The notes under the pieces were generated by a model. That model did not search any database and was not told where the DNA came from. It was given only the letters and a program-made list of their open reading frames with translations. A stretch of DNA of 64,000 nucleotides from Mobula hypostoma (Eukaryota). The position numbers were made by a program, and so were the translations under genes. The first letter of the stretch is position 1, and every line of letters starts with the position of its first letter. The stretch spans positions 252,838,001 to 252,902,000 of the forward strand of contig NC_086097.1 of the NCBI RefSeq assembly GCF_963921235.1. Direction: 5' to 3'. Of the stretch, positions 1 to 11,535 are shown piece by piece.

Positions 1-310
1 TTCCTCCTTTTCTTTTACTTTTTTTTTCTTTTTCAATATTTTTATTGATTTCTTACATAAAAGAATACAGAGTACAGTAGGATATATAATATATATCGAT
101 TATAATATATTGGAATCACAAATATAGTTTCATTACCCCATATCCATATACTTTAAATTTAAACATAATATTGAAAAGATATACTTTGTTATACAAAAAA
201 AACCTAAACCCATTACCAGAAAAAAACAGCTGTTTGGTTAAAAAAAAGGAAAAAAATCCTTATTATATCATGAAACATATTGTTAGCCAACATCTGTGCT
301 TAATAGCAAA

Positions 311-3300
311 TCAAAGATTTTGAAAATAATTCAAAAAAGGTCCCCACAATATTAAAAAATCTTGTCTAGGTTCAGAAATTGAACAGCGAATCTTCTCTAA
401 ATTTAAACATGACATAACATCATAATATCAAGTGGAACAGGTCAACATCTTTAAGTTCCTTGGGGTCAATATCACAAATGACCTGACTTGGTCCAACCAA
501 GCAGAGTTCACTGCCAAGAAGGCCCACCAGCGCCTTTACCTCCTGAGAAAACTAAAGAAATTTGGCTTGTCCCTTAAAACCCTCACTAATTTTTATAGAT
601 GCACCATAGAAAGCATTCTTCTAGGGTGCATCACAACCTGGTATGGAAGTTGTCCTGTCCAAGACCGGAAAAAGCTGCAGAAGATCGTGAACACGATGCA
701 GCACATCACACAAGCCAATCTTCCGTCCTTGGACTCACTTTATACTGTACGCTGTCGGAGCAGTGCTGCCAGGATAATCAAGGACATGACCTACCCAGCC
801 AACACACTTTTTGTCCCTCTTTCCTCCGGGAGAAGGCTCAGGAGCTTGAAGACTCGTACGGCCAGATTTGGGAACAGCTTCTTTCCAACTGTGATAAGAC
901 TGCTGAACGGATCCTGACCCAGATCTGGGCCGTACCCTCCAAATATCCAGACCTGCCTCTCGGCTTTTTTGCACTACCTTACTTTTCCTTTTCTATTTTC
1001 TATTTATGATTTATAATTTAAATTTTTAATATTTACTATTGATTTGTACTCCAGGGAGTGGGAAGCGCAGAATCAAATATCGCTGTGATGATTGTATGTT
1101 CTAGTATCAATTGTTTGGCGACAATAAAGTATGAAGTATCATTTAACTAATGAGTATGAGTAGGCGGAGTGACATTCTTCCACTTAAGCAACAATGCCCT
1201 CCTGGCTATAAGAGAAATAAAGACCAAAATATACAAATCATGTGACTCCAAAATAATATTATTTCCTCTAACAATACTAAATAAGGCAGTCAAAAGATTA
1301 GGTTTAAAATTTACATTAAAAGGCACCGAGAAAGTTTGGAACACTTCCTTCCAATATTTTCCAAGACTCGGACAAGTCCAAAACATATGAATTAGCGAAG
1401 CGTCTCCATTGTTACATCTATTGCAATGGGGAGATATATCTGAATAAAAACGAGAGAGCTTATCTTTAGTCATGTGGGCCCTATGAACCATTTTAAATTG
1501 TAGAAGGGAATGACATAGCAATGAGGTATTAACTAACTTAAATATTTTATTCTAAGTATCCTCAGAAATTGGAATCTGTAAATCTTGTTCACAGAGATTT
1601 TTAATTTTGTCTCAAGGAATATTTCTCATTCCCAACAACATACCATAAACATTAGATATAGATCCATTATGGAAGGGTTTCAAATTAAAAATTGTATCAA
1701 GTAAATTCTCATCTGGACTTGCAGGAAATGTGTGTACTTGAGAATGCAAGAAGTCTTTAATTTATCAATATCGAAAGAAGTGGGTTTTGGGTAGGCTATA
1801 TTTAGCTGACAGTTGTTCAAATGAAGAGAGACTATCTCCAACAAACAAATGCTGAAAACATTTAATACCCAATCTATTCCACTCTTTAAAAACTACATCA
1901 GTCATAGAAGGTTTACAAATGGTTAGAAAAATGGGATTTGAAAGTGAAAAACTCAATAAACCAAAATATTTTCTAAATTGTACCCAAATCTTCAAGATGT
2001 GTTTAACGACAAAATTATCAGTTAAATTACTTAAAGATAAAGGAATTGAGGATCTGAGAAGAGAAATGATAGAAAATTAATTTACAGTATTCATTACAGT
2101 ATTGTCTTTAGGAGGGTCAGAACTATAAAGTTTAGAATAGAATTCTCTATAAGTATCATTTATTTTTAAACGATCAGATGTTTTATCACCATTAACTTTA
2201 CAAATTTCTTTAATTTGGCATTTAACTATAAAGGTCTTTAATTGGTTAGCCAATAGTTTACCCGTTTTATCTCCATGAACATAAAATTTGACTTTTATCT
2301 TTTAAAAGTTGAGTTTCAATTGGATAAGTTAAAAGCAGATCGCACTTAGTTTTAATTTCAACATGTTTTTTATAGAAATAGGATCTGGAGCCAAAGCATA
2401 TTTTTGGTCTAATTGTTTCAACTGATTGGCTCATTCAATTCTCTCCTTTTTAGCTTTTTTCTTAACACTTGTGATAAAAAAAATAATCTGTCCTCTAATA
2501 TAAGCCTTAAAAGCATCCCATAAGATAAGACTAGAAGTCTCTTCTAGCGTATTCTCTTCAGAAAAATGAGTAATTTCACTCTCCAAAATTTTTTTAAAAT
2601 CCTTATCCAATAACAAAGTTGGAATAGAATGCCAGAATCAGTTTATTTGGGAGACACCTGGAAGATTTAAAGATAAAAACACAGGAGCATAATCTGAAAC
2701 AACAATTTCTTTATATTCACAGTATCAAACTAATGGAATCAATTGGCTATCAACAAAAAAAAAAATCAATCCTGGAATACGTATGCCAAACATGAGGAAA
2801 AAAATGAGTACTCTCTATCTGTTGGATGCAAAAAGCGCCAAACATCAATAATATCACATTTCATTAGAAAAGATTGGATAAAGGAGGCAGATCTACTACA
2901 TGTCAATCGCTTAGAAGAAGAACAATCTAAAACAGGATCTAAACAACAGTTGAAGTCTCTTCCTAAAACCAAAGAATGTAAACTTAAATCTGGTAAAAAC
3001 AACAACAAAAAATTTGAAAAAGCCTGGATCATCTATATTTGGGGCATACAAATTAGTAAAAACTATTAATTTATTATCTAATTTCCCTGAGACTATAACA
3101 AAACACCCATTGGTACCAGACACTACATTATGTTGAACCAAAGAAACTGAATTATCTATAAGAATTGAAATGCTTCTTGCCTTAGCCTGAAAGGAAGAAT
3201 GGAAAGATAAACCCTTCCAACAGCTGAAAAGACGTAAATTATCACATTTAAGAATATGTGTTTCTTGTAAAAAATAATTGAGACATTCAATTTCTTAATA

Positions 3301-3380
3301 TAATTAAATATCTTATTACGTTTCACAGGATGGTTTAATCCTTTCACATTAAAACTAAGTAAATTAGAAATATGGTCCAT
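311..3380 (-). pseudogene. L1 ORF2 remnant (APE endonuclease and C-terminal region; frameshifted, RT core missing)
   Basis: Fragments 3156-3380, 2911-3141, 2766-3032, 2431-2616 (WDAFKAYIRG), 1765-1995 and 1147-1521. The frame resumes beyond the Rex1 insert (CLNLEKIR...WGPFLNYFQNL*) and stops at 311. Confidence 0.88.
424..1137 (+). mobile_element. Rex1/Babar-type LINE, 5'-truncated 3' end
   Basis: ORF 432-917 (FKFLGVNITNDLTWS, FYRCTIESIL, SFFPTVIRLLN) followed by a 3' UTR ending acaataaagtatgaagt. Possible short TSD atcat at 419-423 and 1138-1142. Confidence 0.85.
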
Positions 3381-3949
3381 TTTAAATATTGCTTAAAGGA
3401 AATGTTTGAATAAAAACTGCTGGAAAATATATTCAATCCAAACAACGAGCTTTAAGGAAAAGTAACCAAGCAACAAATGAAGTTAAGAGAGCCAAACAGC
3501 TGATAGAAAAAATCTCCCCCCCCCACCCAAAGAGATAAAATCGACTAAAGGACAGTTGACAGCTAAACCTACCATCCCCCCCAAAACAATCTACTGGCTG
3601 AGCTCCAAAAAAAAATTTTCAAGGAAAACTGCATTCCAACAAGACACAACAGAAAAACAGAGCAAAATTAAACATATTTTAAAAAACCTCATAAAAATTA
3701 TAGTATAAAAATATTAGAAAGAAATATGGAAGTTCAAAACATATTAACTTAGGAAGTATTAACTCAAAGAAAACTTACTAATATTAAATCCTTAATTTCC
3801 TAAACAAGGAAATAAAAGTACAAAAAAATTAAATATGAAGGTATACCAAAAGTAAAAAAAAACAATTGTTCATAGAAAGAAGTAATGAACAGTTAGACTG
3901 CTGATTCTTAAAAAAAAAGGATCCATCAAGCAGATGCAACATAAATTCA

Positions 3950-4765
3950 TGTCAAGAGTTATTGAACAGTTAAACTTCTGAAATTGATTCGGCACTCAAG
4001 AAATCCTGCACCTCTTCAGTCCAGCGAAACCATCTTTGAGAACCATTTTTCAAAATGATTCAAAGACGAGCTGGGTAACGAAGAGAGGGTTTAAAACCTT
4101 TATTATACAGCTCAGACATGACTTTTTTAAACTTGAAGCGTTCATTCAACACCTCGGGTGAAAAATCTTCCACAATTCTGAACTTCTGGTCTTCATAATC
4201 AATCATACCTTTCCAACAAGATTCACGAATTAAAAGTTCCTTTGTTTGAAAGTTGTGAAGACAAATTATCACTGAACGGCGTCGTCCTCCTGGAAGAGGT
4301 CTTGGTACAGGTGATCTGTGAGCTCAGTCTATTTTAGGTGGAGGTTTTAAAATATTCGGAAATAAATTAGCCAAAAGGTTTGCAAAAAATTCTGAAGGCT
4401 GATTGCCTTCCAATGACTCTTTAAAACCCAGAATAAGTAGATTATTTCTTCTGTTTCTCTTTTCTAAGTCGATAATTTTCTGTCTTAATATTTCATTAAC
4501 CTTCAACTGTTTATCACCGATCTGTTCCAGGTCATCAATCTTCGCGTCAAACATCGTCAAAATGCCTTAGTTCTCTTTTATCTGTTTATTGTGTTCACTT
4601 TAAGTTTTTTGAATAGCGTCCAATTTTGCATCCATCCATTTAAATTCAGTGCTGAGTTGCTGTAACTCCTCTGAAAGTTCATTTTTATGCTTCCGAAGTG
4701 CCAGCATAATAGATTCCAAAGTTACCAGAGGACTCTTTTTTAGTAGCTTTAGCACAACTCATCAT
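3950..4765 (-). pseudogene. L1 ORF1 remnant (coiled coil/RRM/CTD type)
   Basis: ORF-track fragments 4060-4272 and 4324-4560 carry L1 ORF1p motifs; ends approximate. Confidence 0.8.
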
Positions 4766-4885
4766 AAAGCAATATTGCGTTTAAAAGTAAACAACAGGAA
4801 TTCTGCAGATGCTGGAAATTCAAGCAACATACATCAAAGTTGCTGGTGAACGCAGCAGGCCAAGCAGCATCTATAGGAAGAGGCG

Positions 4886-4923
4886 CAGTCGACGTTTCAG
4901 GCCGAGACCCTTCGTCAGGACTA
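4886..4923 (-). ncRNA. Minimal hammerhead ribozyme motif (inverted pLTR copy)
   Basis: Reverse complement of 5916-5953. Confidence 0.78.
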
Positions 4924-5073
4924 ACTGAAGGAAGAGTGAGTAAGGGATTTGAAAGCTGGAGGGGGAGGGGGAGATGCAAAATGATAGGAGAAGACAGGAG
5001 GGGGAGGGATAGAGCCGAGAGCTGGACAGGTGATAGGCAAAAGGGGATACGAGAGGATCATGGGACAGGAGGC

Positions 5074-5623
5074 CCACCTCCAACGGGATCCCACCACTAA
5101 GCACATCTTTCCCTCCCCCCCTCTCTCTGCATTCCGCAGGGATCGCTCCCTACACAACTCCCTTGTCCATTCGTCCCCCCCATCCCTCCCCACTGATCTC
5201 CCTCCTGGCACTTATCCGTGTAAGCGGAACAAGTGCTACACATGCCCTTACACTTCCTCCCTTACCACCATTCAGGGCCCCAAACAGTCCTTCCAGGTGA
5301 GGCATCACTTCACCTGTGAGTCGACTGGGGTGATATACTGCGTCCGGTGCTCCCGATGTGGCCTTTTATATATTGGTGAGACCCGACGCAGACTGGGAGA
5401 CCGCTTTGCTGAACATCTACGCTCTGTCCGCCAGAGAAAGCAGGATCTCCCAGTGGCCACACATTTTAATTCCACATCCCATTCCCATTCTGACATGTCT
5501 ATCCACGGCCTCCTCTACTGTAAAGATGAAGCCACACTCAGGTTGGAGGAACAACACCTTATATTCCGTCTGGGTAGCCTCCAACCTGATGGCATGAACA
5601 TTGACTTCTCTAACTTCCGCTAG
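5074..5623 (+). CDS. Penelope C-terminal GIY-YIG endonuclease fragment (open frame, N-terminally truncated)
   Basis: CKRNKCYTC...FTCESTGVIYCVRCSRCGLLYIGETRRRLGDRFAEHL...EEQHLIFRLGSLQPDGMN. Confidence 0.88.
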
Positions 5624-5915
5624 GCCCCACCTCCCCCTCGTACCCCAGCTGTTACTCCTTTTTATGCACACATTCTTTCTCTCACTCTCCTTTTTCTCCC
5701 TCTGTCCCTCTGAATATACCTCTTGCCCATCCTCTGGGTCACCCCCCCCCCGTCTTTCTCCCTAGGCCTCCTGTCCCATGATCCTCTCGTATCCCCTTTT
5801 GCCTATCACCTGTCCAGCTCTCGGCTCTATCCCTCCCCCTCCTGTCTTCTCCTATCATTTTGCATCTCCCCCTCCCCCTCCAACTTTCAAATCCCTTACT
5901 CACTCTTCCTTCAGT

Positions 5916-5953
5916 TAGTCCTGACGAAGGGTCTCGGCCTGAAACGTCGACTG
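5916..5953 (+). ncRNA. Minimal type I hammerhead ribozyme motif (Penelope pLTR)
   Basis: tagtc-CTGACGA-agg gtctcgg cct-GAAA-cgTC-gactg: conserved core boxes, stem I and stem II pairing, palindromic ACGT in place of stem III. Confidence 0.8.
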
Positions 5954-6121
5954 CGCCTCTTCCTATAGATGCTGCTTGGCCTGCTGCGTTCACCAGCAAC
6001 TTTGATGTATGTTGCGTTTAAAAGTAAGTGTTTTCAAAACAGGTTGGAAGCAGTGAACTAAAAAGAGTAAGAGCACCTGTAAAAGCACTGCTACTCCATC
6101 AACAGCCAGTAGGATCTGTCA

Positions 6122-7010
6122 TCCTCCTTTTCTACAGCCGTGACACTATCTCTGATCAACAGTGCCCCCCCCCCACCTCTTTTGCATCCCTCCCTGTCCT
6201 TTCTGAAACATCTAAAGCCTGGCACTTGAAGTAACCATTCCTGCCCCTGAGCCATCCAAGTCTCTGTAATGGCCACAACATCATAGCTCCAAGTACTGAT
6301 CCACGCTCTAAGCTCATCCGCTTTGTTCATAATACTCCTTGCATTAAAATAAACACATCTCAACCATCGGTCTGAGTGCGTCCCTTCTCTATCACCTGCC
6401 TATCCTCCCTCTCACACTGTTTCCAAGCTTTCTCTATTTGTGAGCCAACCACCTCTTCCTCCCTCTCTTCAGTTCAGTTCCCACCCCCTGGCAATTCTAG
6501 TTTAAACTCTCCCCAGTAGCCTTAGCAAACCTCCCCGCCAGGATATTAGTCCCCCTGGGATTCAAGTGCAACCTGTCCTTTTTGTACAGGTAACACCTGC
6601 CCCCAAATAGTCCCAATGATCCAGAAATCTGAATCCCTGCCCCCTGCTCCAATCCCTCAGCCACACATTTATCCTCCACCTCACTCTATTCCTATACTCA
6701 CTGTCATGTGGCACAGGCTGTAATCCCGAGATTACTACCTTTGTGGTCCTGCTTCTCAGCTTTTTTCCTAACTCCCTGTAGTCTGTTTTCAGGACCTCCT
6801 CCTTTTCCTACCTATGTCATTGGTACCAATATGTACCACGACCTCTGGCTGTTCACCTTCCCACTTCAGGATATTGTGGACGCGATCAGAAACATCCCAG
6901 ACCCTAGCCCTTGGGAGGCAAACTACCATCTGTGTTTCTTTCCTGCATCCACAGAATCGCCTGTCTGACCCCTTAACTACAGAGTCCCCTATCATTGCCA
7001 TAGAGTTCCC
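6122..7010 (-). mobile_element. CR1 LINE fragment (ORF1 esterase end and ORF2 endonuclease start); host of the L1
   Basis: IGDSVVKG and VVHIGTND (SGNH esterase); YFNARSIMNKADELRAWI, AITETW. Confidence 0.85.
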
Positions 7011-7019
7011 TATCACTAG

Positions 7020-7365
7020 AATCCCCAATCTGTCCAGGTTCTTCTGCAGACACCCTGCTTCCTCAACACTACCTGCCCCTCCACCTATCTTTGTATCATC
7101 TTCAAACTTGGCCACAAAGCCATCAATTCTGTCACCCGAATCATTTACATATAACATGAAAAGAAGCAGTCCAGATACTTATTCACCCAGAACAATACCA
7201 GTCACGGGCAGCCAACCAGAAAAGGCCCCCTTTATTCCCACTGCTTGCCACCTGCCAATCATTCAATGCTCTACCCATGCTAATATCTTTCCTGTATTAC
7301 CATAGATTCTGATCTTATTAATCAGCCTCATGTGCGGCACCTTCTGACAATCTTGGTAAACCACA
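7020..7365 (-). mobile_element. CR1 RT fragment
   Basis: KVPHMRLINK...GKILAWVE; FVAKFEDDTKIGG. Confidence 0.8.
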
Positions 7366-7734
7366 TAATGATGTCCGGAAGGTGAATAATGAACATACGA
7401 AAACCTTTGACTTCTTTCGTTCACTTTAGTGTTGAAGATCCTTTGCGTTGTATTAATATTCCTTTTCCTTGCACTTACGTACATAAACTCAATATATTTT
7501 ATCTTATTGAGATACTGTGCAGAAGTGCCCCTCCTGTGCCTTTGAGCCATGCCGCCCAGCAACCAGCCGATTTAACCCTAGCCTAATCGCAGGATAATTT
7601 ACAATGTCCAATTACCCTACTCACTGGTAACTCTTTGGTCTGTGGGAGGAAACTACTGTGCCGCCCCTGATAGTTTCTGATTATGGAACACAGAACATAA
7701 ATATATAGAATTATGCAGTACAGTGACAGACATC

Positions 7735-8030
7735 AGGGGTGTATGGGGTGCCCAGAGAGGATGGGGTGTAAGGGATGTCCAGGAACGATGGGGTGTACAG
7801 GGTCTCCAGGGAAGATGGGATGTATGGGGTGCCCAAGGAGGATGGGGTGTAAGGGGTGTCCAGCGGACGATGGGATGTAAGGGATGTTCAGGGAGGATAG
7901 GGTGTATGAGGTCTCCAGGGAGGATGGGGTGTACAGGGTGTCCAAAGACAATGGGATGTACGAGGTTTCCGGGAAGGATGGGCTGTATAAGGTCTCCAGG
8001 GTCAATGGGTGTATTGGGCCTCCAGGGAGT
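7735..8030. repeat. ~27-bp degenerate minisatellite (tggggtgtaaggggtgtccagggagga-like), about 11 units
   Basis: Visible periodicity; gives 9-aa periodic ORFs. Confidence 0.85.
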
Positions 8031-8515
8031 GGTGGCACCTCTGGTGAAGGGGCTTGTTCAGTCACTCTGGGGCAGCTCACTCACCTTTGGCCCCCATTGG
8101 ACACTCAGCTCTCACCTGTGGCTCCACGTAGCTGTTTACATGTGACAGTAGCCACACCCCGGTTCACTGCTTCAACAGGCAGGCTAAACCTAGTGAGTGT
8201 AGCTGGCGGGCCTCATACCCCGGTGAGATAGGGGCAAGTCTGTCCTAGAATGTGAAATCAGCTCAGGTGGACTGGGCAGATATGATCTACAGTGAGATCC
8301 AACGGCCAGGAGGGTGGTTCTGTAATGCTTCGTAGAGAGTGAAGTGCATGACGAGGCACAGAAGTTATGGTCATCCCCTGTAACCAAGACCCCAGTTCGT
8401 GATGTCTTCTCATACCACTGAACCCAAGCTTCTGAGATCGACAGAGTGGAACTTCCATAGTGCAATGGGTTTTCCACTTTAAAAACTCTTCCAAATAGTT
8501 CTCCTGTCATTGTCA
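8005..8515 (+). mobile_element. Non-coding ~500-bp interspersed repeat (unclassified, possibly RTE-related); copy 1
   Basis: Colinear with the reverse complement of 45480-45990 (shared gcacctctggtgaaggg, ggacactcagctctca, gcctcataccccggtg, ttttccactttaaaaa). Confidence 0.75.
8006..8197 (+). ncRNA. Candidate HDV-like ribozyme
   Basis: P2 8111-8119, P3 ggc/gcc, L3 starting tcc, P1' acacccc followed by GG, P4 ctgctt/aggcag, J4/2 gCtaa. Folded by eye; see findings. Confidence 0.55.
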
Positions 8516-8750
8516 GATAGAACATAGGTCTCCTGTCATTGTCGATAGGGCATAGATCTCCTGTAATTGTTGATAGGGCATAGGTCTCTTGTAATCATTG
8601 GATAGGGCATTAGTCTCCTGTAATTGTTGGATAGGGTATAGGTCTCCTGTCATTGTCAATCAAGCATAGGCCTTCTATCGTTGTCAATAGGGCATAGGTC
8701 TCCTGTCGTTGTTGATAGGGTATAAGTCTCCTGTCGTTGTTGGATAGGGC
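8500..8750. repeat. 28-29-bp minisatellite (tagggcataggtctcctgtcattgtcga), about 9 units
   Basis: Visible tandem units. Confidence 0.88.
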
Positions 8751-9034
8751 AGACAACCACAAAGATGATAAAGTGCAACACAGTCACAGAGTAATATTAG
8801 CACAGGTGCCTGATTCTTCAGGACATTACACTCAATGAATTGTGTCCATAATACTTTGGTACTGCATTATGCTTTATCATTAGGGTATGTGCTTTATCAT
8901 AAGTATATGTGGCATGTTTTAACTATAGGTACTGTGTGTGACTATATGTACTGTGTTTTGCACCTTGACCCGAGAGAAACAATACTTATTTAGCTGTATA
9001 CACGTGTATGGTTGAGTGAAAATAAACTTGAACC

Positions 9035-9525
9035 TACCCCTTTCCTGCTACATAGCCTTGCATTTTTCTATCATCCATGTGACTATATAAGAGCTACATA
9101 AATGTCCCTAATCTATCTACCTCTATCACCACCCCTGACTGTGCCTTCAATGTACTCACGACTCTGTTAAAAAAAACTATCTCTGACTTTCCCCTATACT
9201 TTCCTCCAATCTCCTTCAAATTATGTCCCCTTGTGTTAGCCATTTCCATCCAGGGAAAAAGACTGGCTATCCCCTCAGTCCGTGCCTCCAATCATCTTGT
9301 CATCTTCTCTTCCCTGGATAGCCCATATACCGTAGCCTCCCAGGACAATTTGCTCACTCAACCTCTCCTCATAGGACATGCTCTCTAATCCAGGCAGCAT
9401 CCTGGTAAATCTCCTTGCACCCTGTCTAAAGCTTCCACATCCTTCCTGTAATGACCAGAACTGAACACAATACTCCAAGTGTGGTCTAACCAAAGTTTTA
9501 TAGAGCTGTAACATTACCTCGTGGC
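9035..9525 (-). mobile_element. CR1 3' fragment, decayed
   Basis: LYKTLVRPHLEYCVQFWS, RFTRMLPGL, TRGHNLK. Confidence 0.8.
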
Positions 9526-10164
9526 TCCACACACTTTTTCTAATGATGGAAGAAGTATATAGTTTCTGACCAACCTGCACAATATCTCTGTTAAAAATTA
9601 AACATATGGTTTATTTCCAAAACATGATCCTTACATGTGCTCCTGTTTAATATACATAATTACTAAGCTATGTACAATGTCCCATGTGGAATGTTCTCTT
9701 GGAAGGAATTGCAAATAGGTGGGAGGATTTGCATTCCTTCAAAGACTGATGACAATGCTTTGGAACGGGAGCTTTTTCTGTTTTGGAATTTTAACTTGTC
9801 AAACATCCCTCTCTCAAGTGTGGCCAAAATCCAACTCAATACGTGACTCGTTAACAATGTACCTCAATACCGTAGACCATTCAATAACATATCAGGGTCT
9901 TTTAAAATATTTTGTATCCATGAGGAATTTGACAACAATTGCCAACTGTGTGTCAATTCATGTTGAATCTGACATCAGATATGTTCTGTGGATGAGTGTC
10001 TGCTGGGATATATACGGAGAAGCAATTTCACTCAGAGTTGATTAGGGTCATTCCAGAGAGAGGAAGCTATCATCTCCTTCTGCTAAATCCACTTCCAAAG
10101 TATTTATAGAACAACAGAAAGTTTTTTTTTCCAATTAAAACTGACTATTCTGTTCAGATGTAAA

Positions 10165-10490
10165 TGCTAGAAGGTGATAGGTGAAGTCAGGTGAGTGGGG
10201 AGGGGAATGAAGTGAGAAGCTGGGAGTTGATAGGTGGAAAAGGCTGAAGAAGAAGGATTCTGATAGGAGAGGAGAGAGGACCATGGGAGAAAGGGAAGGA
10301 GAAGGGGGAAGAGGGGAGGTAATTCTATTCTGATTACAGCTTCTATTTCATGTTATATCTGAGCAGCAAAGATCCCTCACATCTGACTGTAACATTTATA
10401 GCTCAACACACACTAAATGCTGGGGGCACTCATCAGGTCAGGCAGCATCTGTGGAAGTGAATAAACAGTCGACGTTTTGAGGCCGAGTTT
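10165..10490 (-). mobile_element. Penelope pLTR remnants
   Basis: Purine-rich pLTR-like tract and ggcagcatct...acagtcgacgtttt, similar to 4860-4900. Confidence 0.55.
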
Positions 10491-10569
10491 CTTAAATGTC
10501 CCTAATGTATCTGAATCTACTACCACCTCAACTCCACCACTCTGTAAAAAAACCTATCTCTGCCAATGT

Positions 10570-11270
10570 CTAATCATTATTAATTATGCCCCTTGTATCA
10601 GCCACTTAGACCAGTTCAACACAGGAATAGGCTCCTCGACCCACAATGTCATGATGAACCAACAAAATTAGTTATCAAATGGTCAACTACACTAATCTCT
10701 TCTGTCTACACAATGATTCACATTCCATCTACCTCACATTCATCTGCCAAGTGTCACTTAAAAGTCTCTAATATATCTGCCTCTACCACCACCCCAGGCA
10801 GAACATTCCAGGCACCCACCACTCTACGTGTAAAAAGCCCTACCTCTCACATCTCCTTTGAAATTACCCCCTCTCACTTTAAATACATACCCTCCGGTAC
10901 TAGACATTTCAACTCTGGCAAAAAGATTCCGTCTGTCAACTCTATCTATGCCTCTCATAATTTTGTAAACTTCTGTCACATTTCCCCTTAGCCATCGCTG
11001 GTCCAGAGAAAACAACCCAAGTTTGTCCAGCCTCTGGTGATAACATGTGCCCTCTACCCTAGGCAGCATCCTGGTAAACCTCTTCTGCAGCCTCTTCGAA
11101 GCCTAGGCATCTTTCCAGAACGGTATGTAATAATCCAGATGTGGCAAAGCTGGAGATTCTTTCTGACCTTGAAAAAAGTCTCTGACTGTCCACTCAATCT
11201 ATGCCTCTAGTCATCTTGTAAACTTCTATCAAGTCACCTCTCGTCCACCTTTGCTCCAGAGAACATGGAA
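10570..11270 (-). mobile_element. CR1 3' fragments
   Basis: RLDKLGLFSL, EVYKIMRGID; a second piece reads RGDLIEVYKM. Confidence 0.75.
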
Positions 11271-11309
11271 CTGGGAAAAGATGTACACCATGTTCTACAC
11301 TGCTGGCTT

Positions 11310-11535
11310 GGAGCATGGTGGTCAGTACCAGCGACCCAGGTTCAAATCCCCTGGCTGTCTGTAATGAATTTGTTCGTTCTCCCCATGGCTGGGTGGGTTT
11401 CCGTTGGGTGCTCCGGTTTCCACACACCAGTTGGTAAGTCGTTGTAAATTGATCTGTGATAAAACTGGGGTTCTGAGTGATGTGGCTCGAATGCCAGAAG
11501 GTCTTATTCCATGCTGTATATCCAAAAATAATAAA
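11310..11535 (+). mobile_element. tRNA-derived V-SINE-like element
   Basis: B-box-like ggttcaaatcc, then the V-domain-like core gttctcccc...gggtgctccggtttcc; A-rich tail. Confidence 0.7.

Larger units (their letters stand above)
4791..6011 (+). mobile_element. Penelope-like element, 5'-truncated, with inverted 5' pseudo-LTR
   Basis: GIY-YIG domain at 5074-5623. Inverted repeat ~4824-5074 vs ~5765-6015. Flanking direct repeat ttgcgtttaaaagtaa at 4775-4790 and 6012-6027. Confidence 0.92.
14..6121 (-). mobile_element. L1-clade LINE, both ends present, decayed, RT domain deleted; interrupted by Rex1 (424-1137) and Penelope (4791-6011)
   Basis: T-rich tail at 14-33. Candidate TSD tcctccttttct at 2-13 and 6122-6133. 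ORF1 fragments at 4060-4560 (DLEKRNRRNNL, IVEDFSPEV, SLRYPARL). ORF2 APE start at 3380 (SFNVKGLN, NLYAPN, GRDFN) and C-terminal Cys motif (CNRC...HMFWTC) at 1147-1521. Confidence 0.9.

Noticed and set aside
5030..5623. 197-aa ORF as a standalone GIY-YIG nuclease gene
   Set aside because: Its first ~15 codons come from the inverted pLTR; it is a truncated Penelope ORF.
7723..8231. Periodic Gly-rich ORFs
   Set aside because: Translations of the 27-bp minisatellite, open in several frames.
9663..10045. ORFs of 64 aa (-) and 108 aa (+) in unique sequence
   Set aside because: Non-ATG starts, no recognisable domain and no convincing splice signals.
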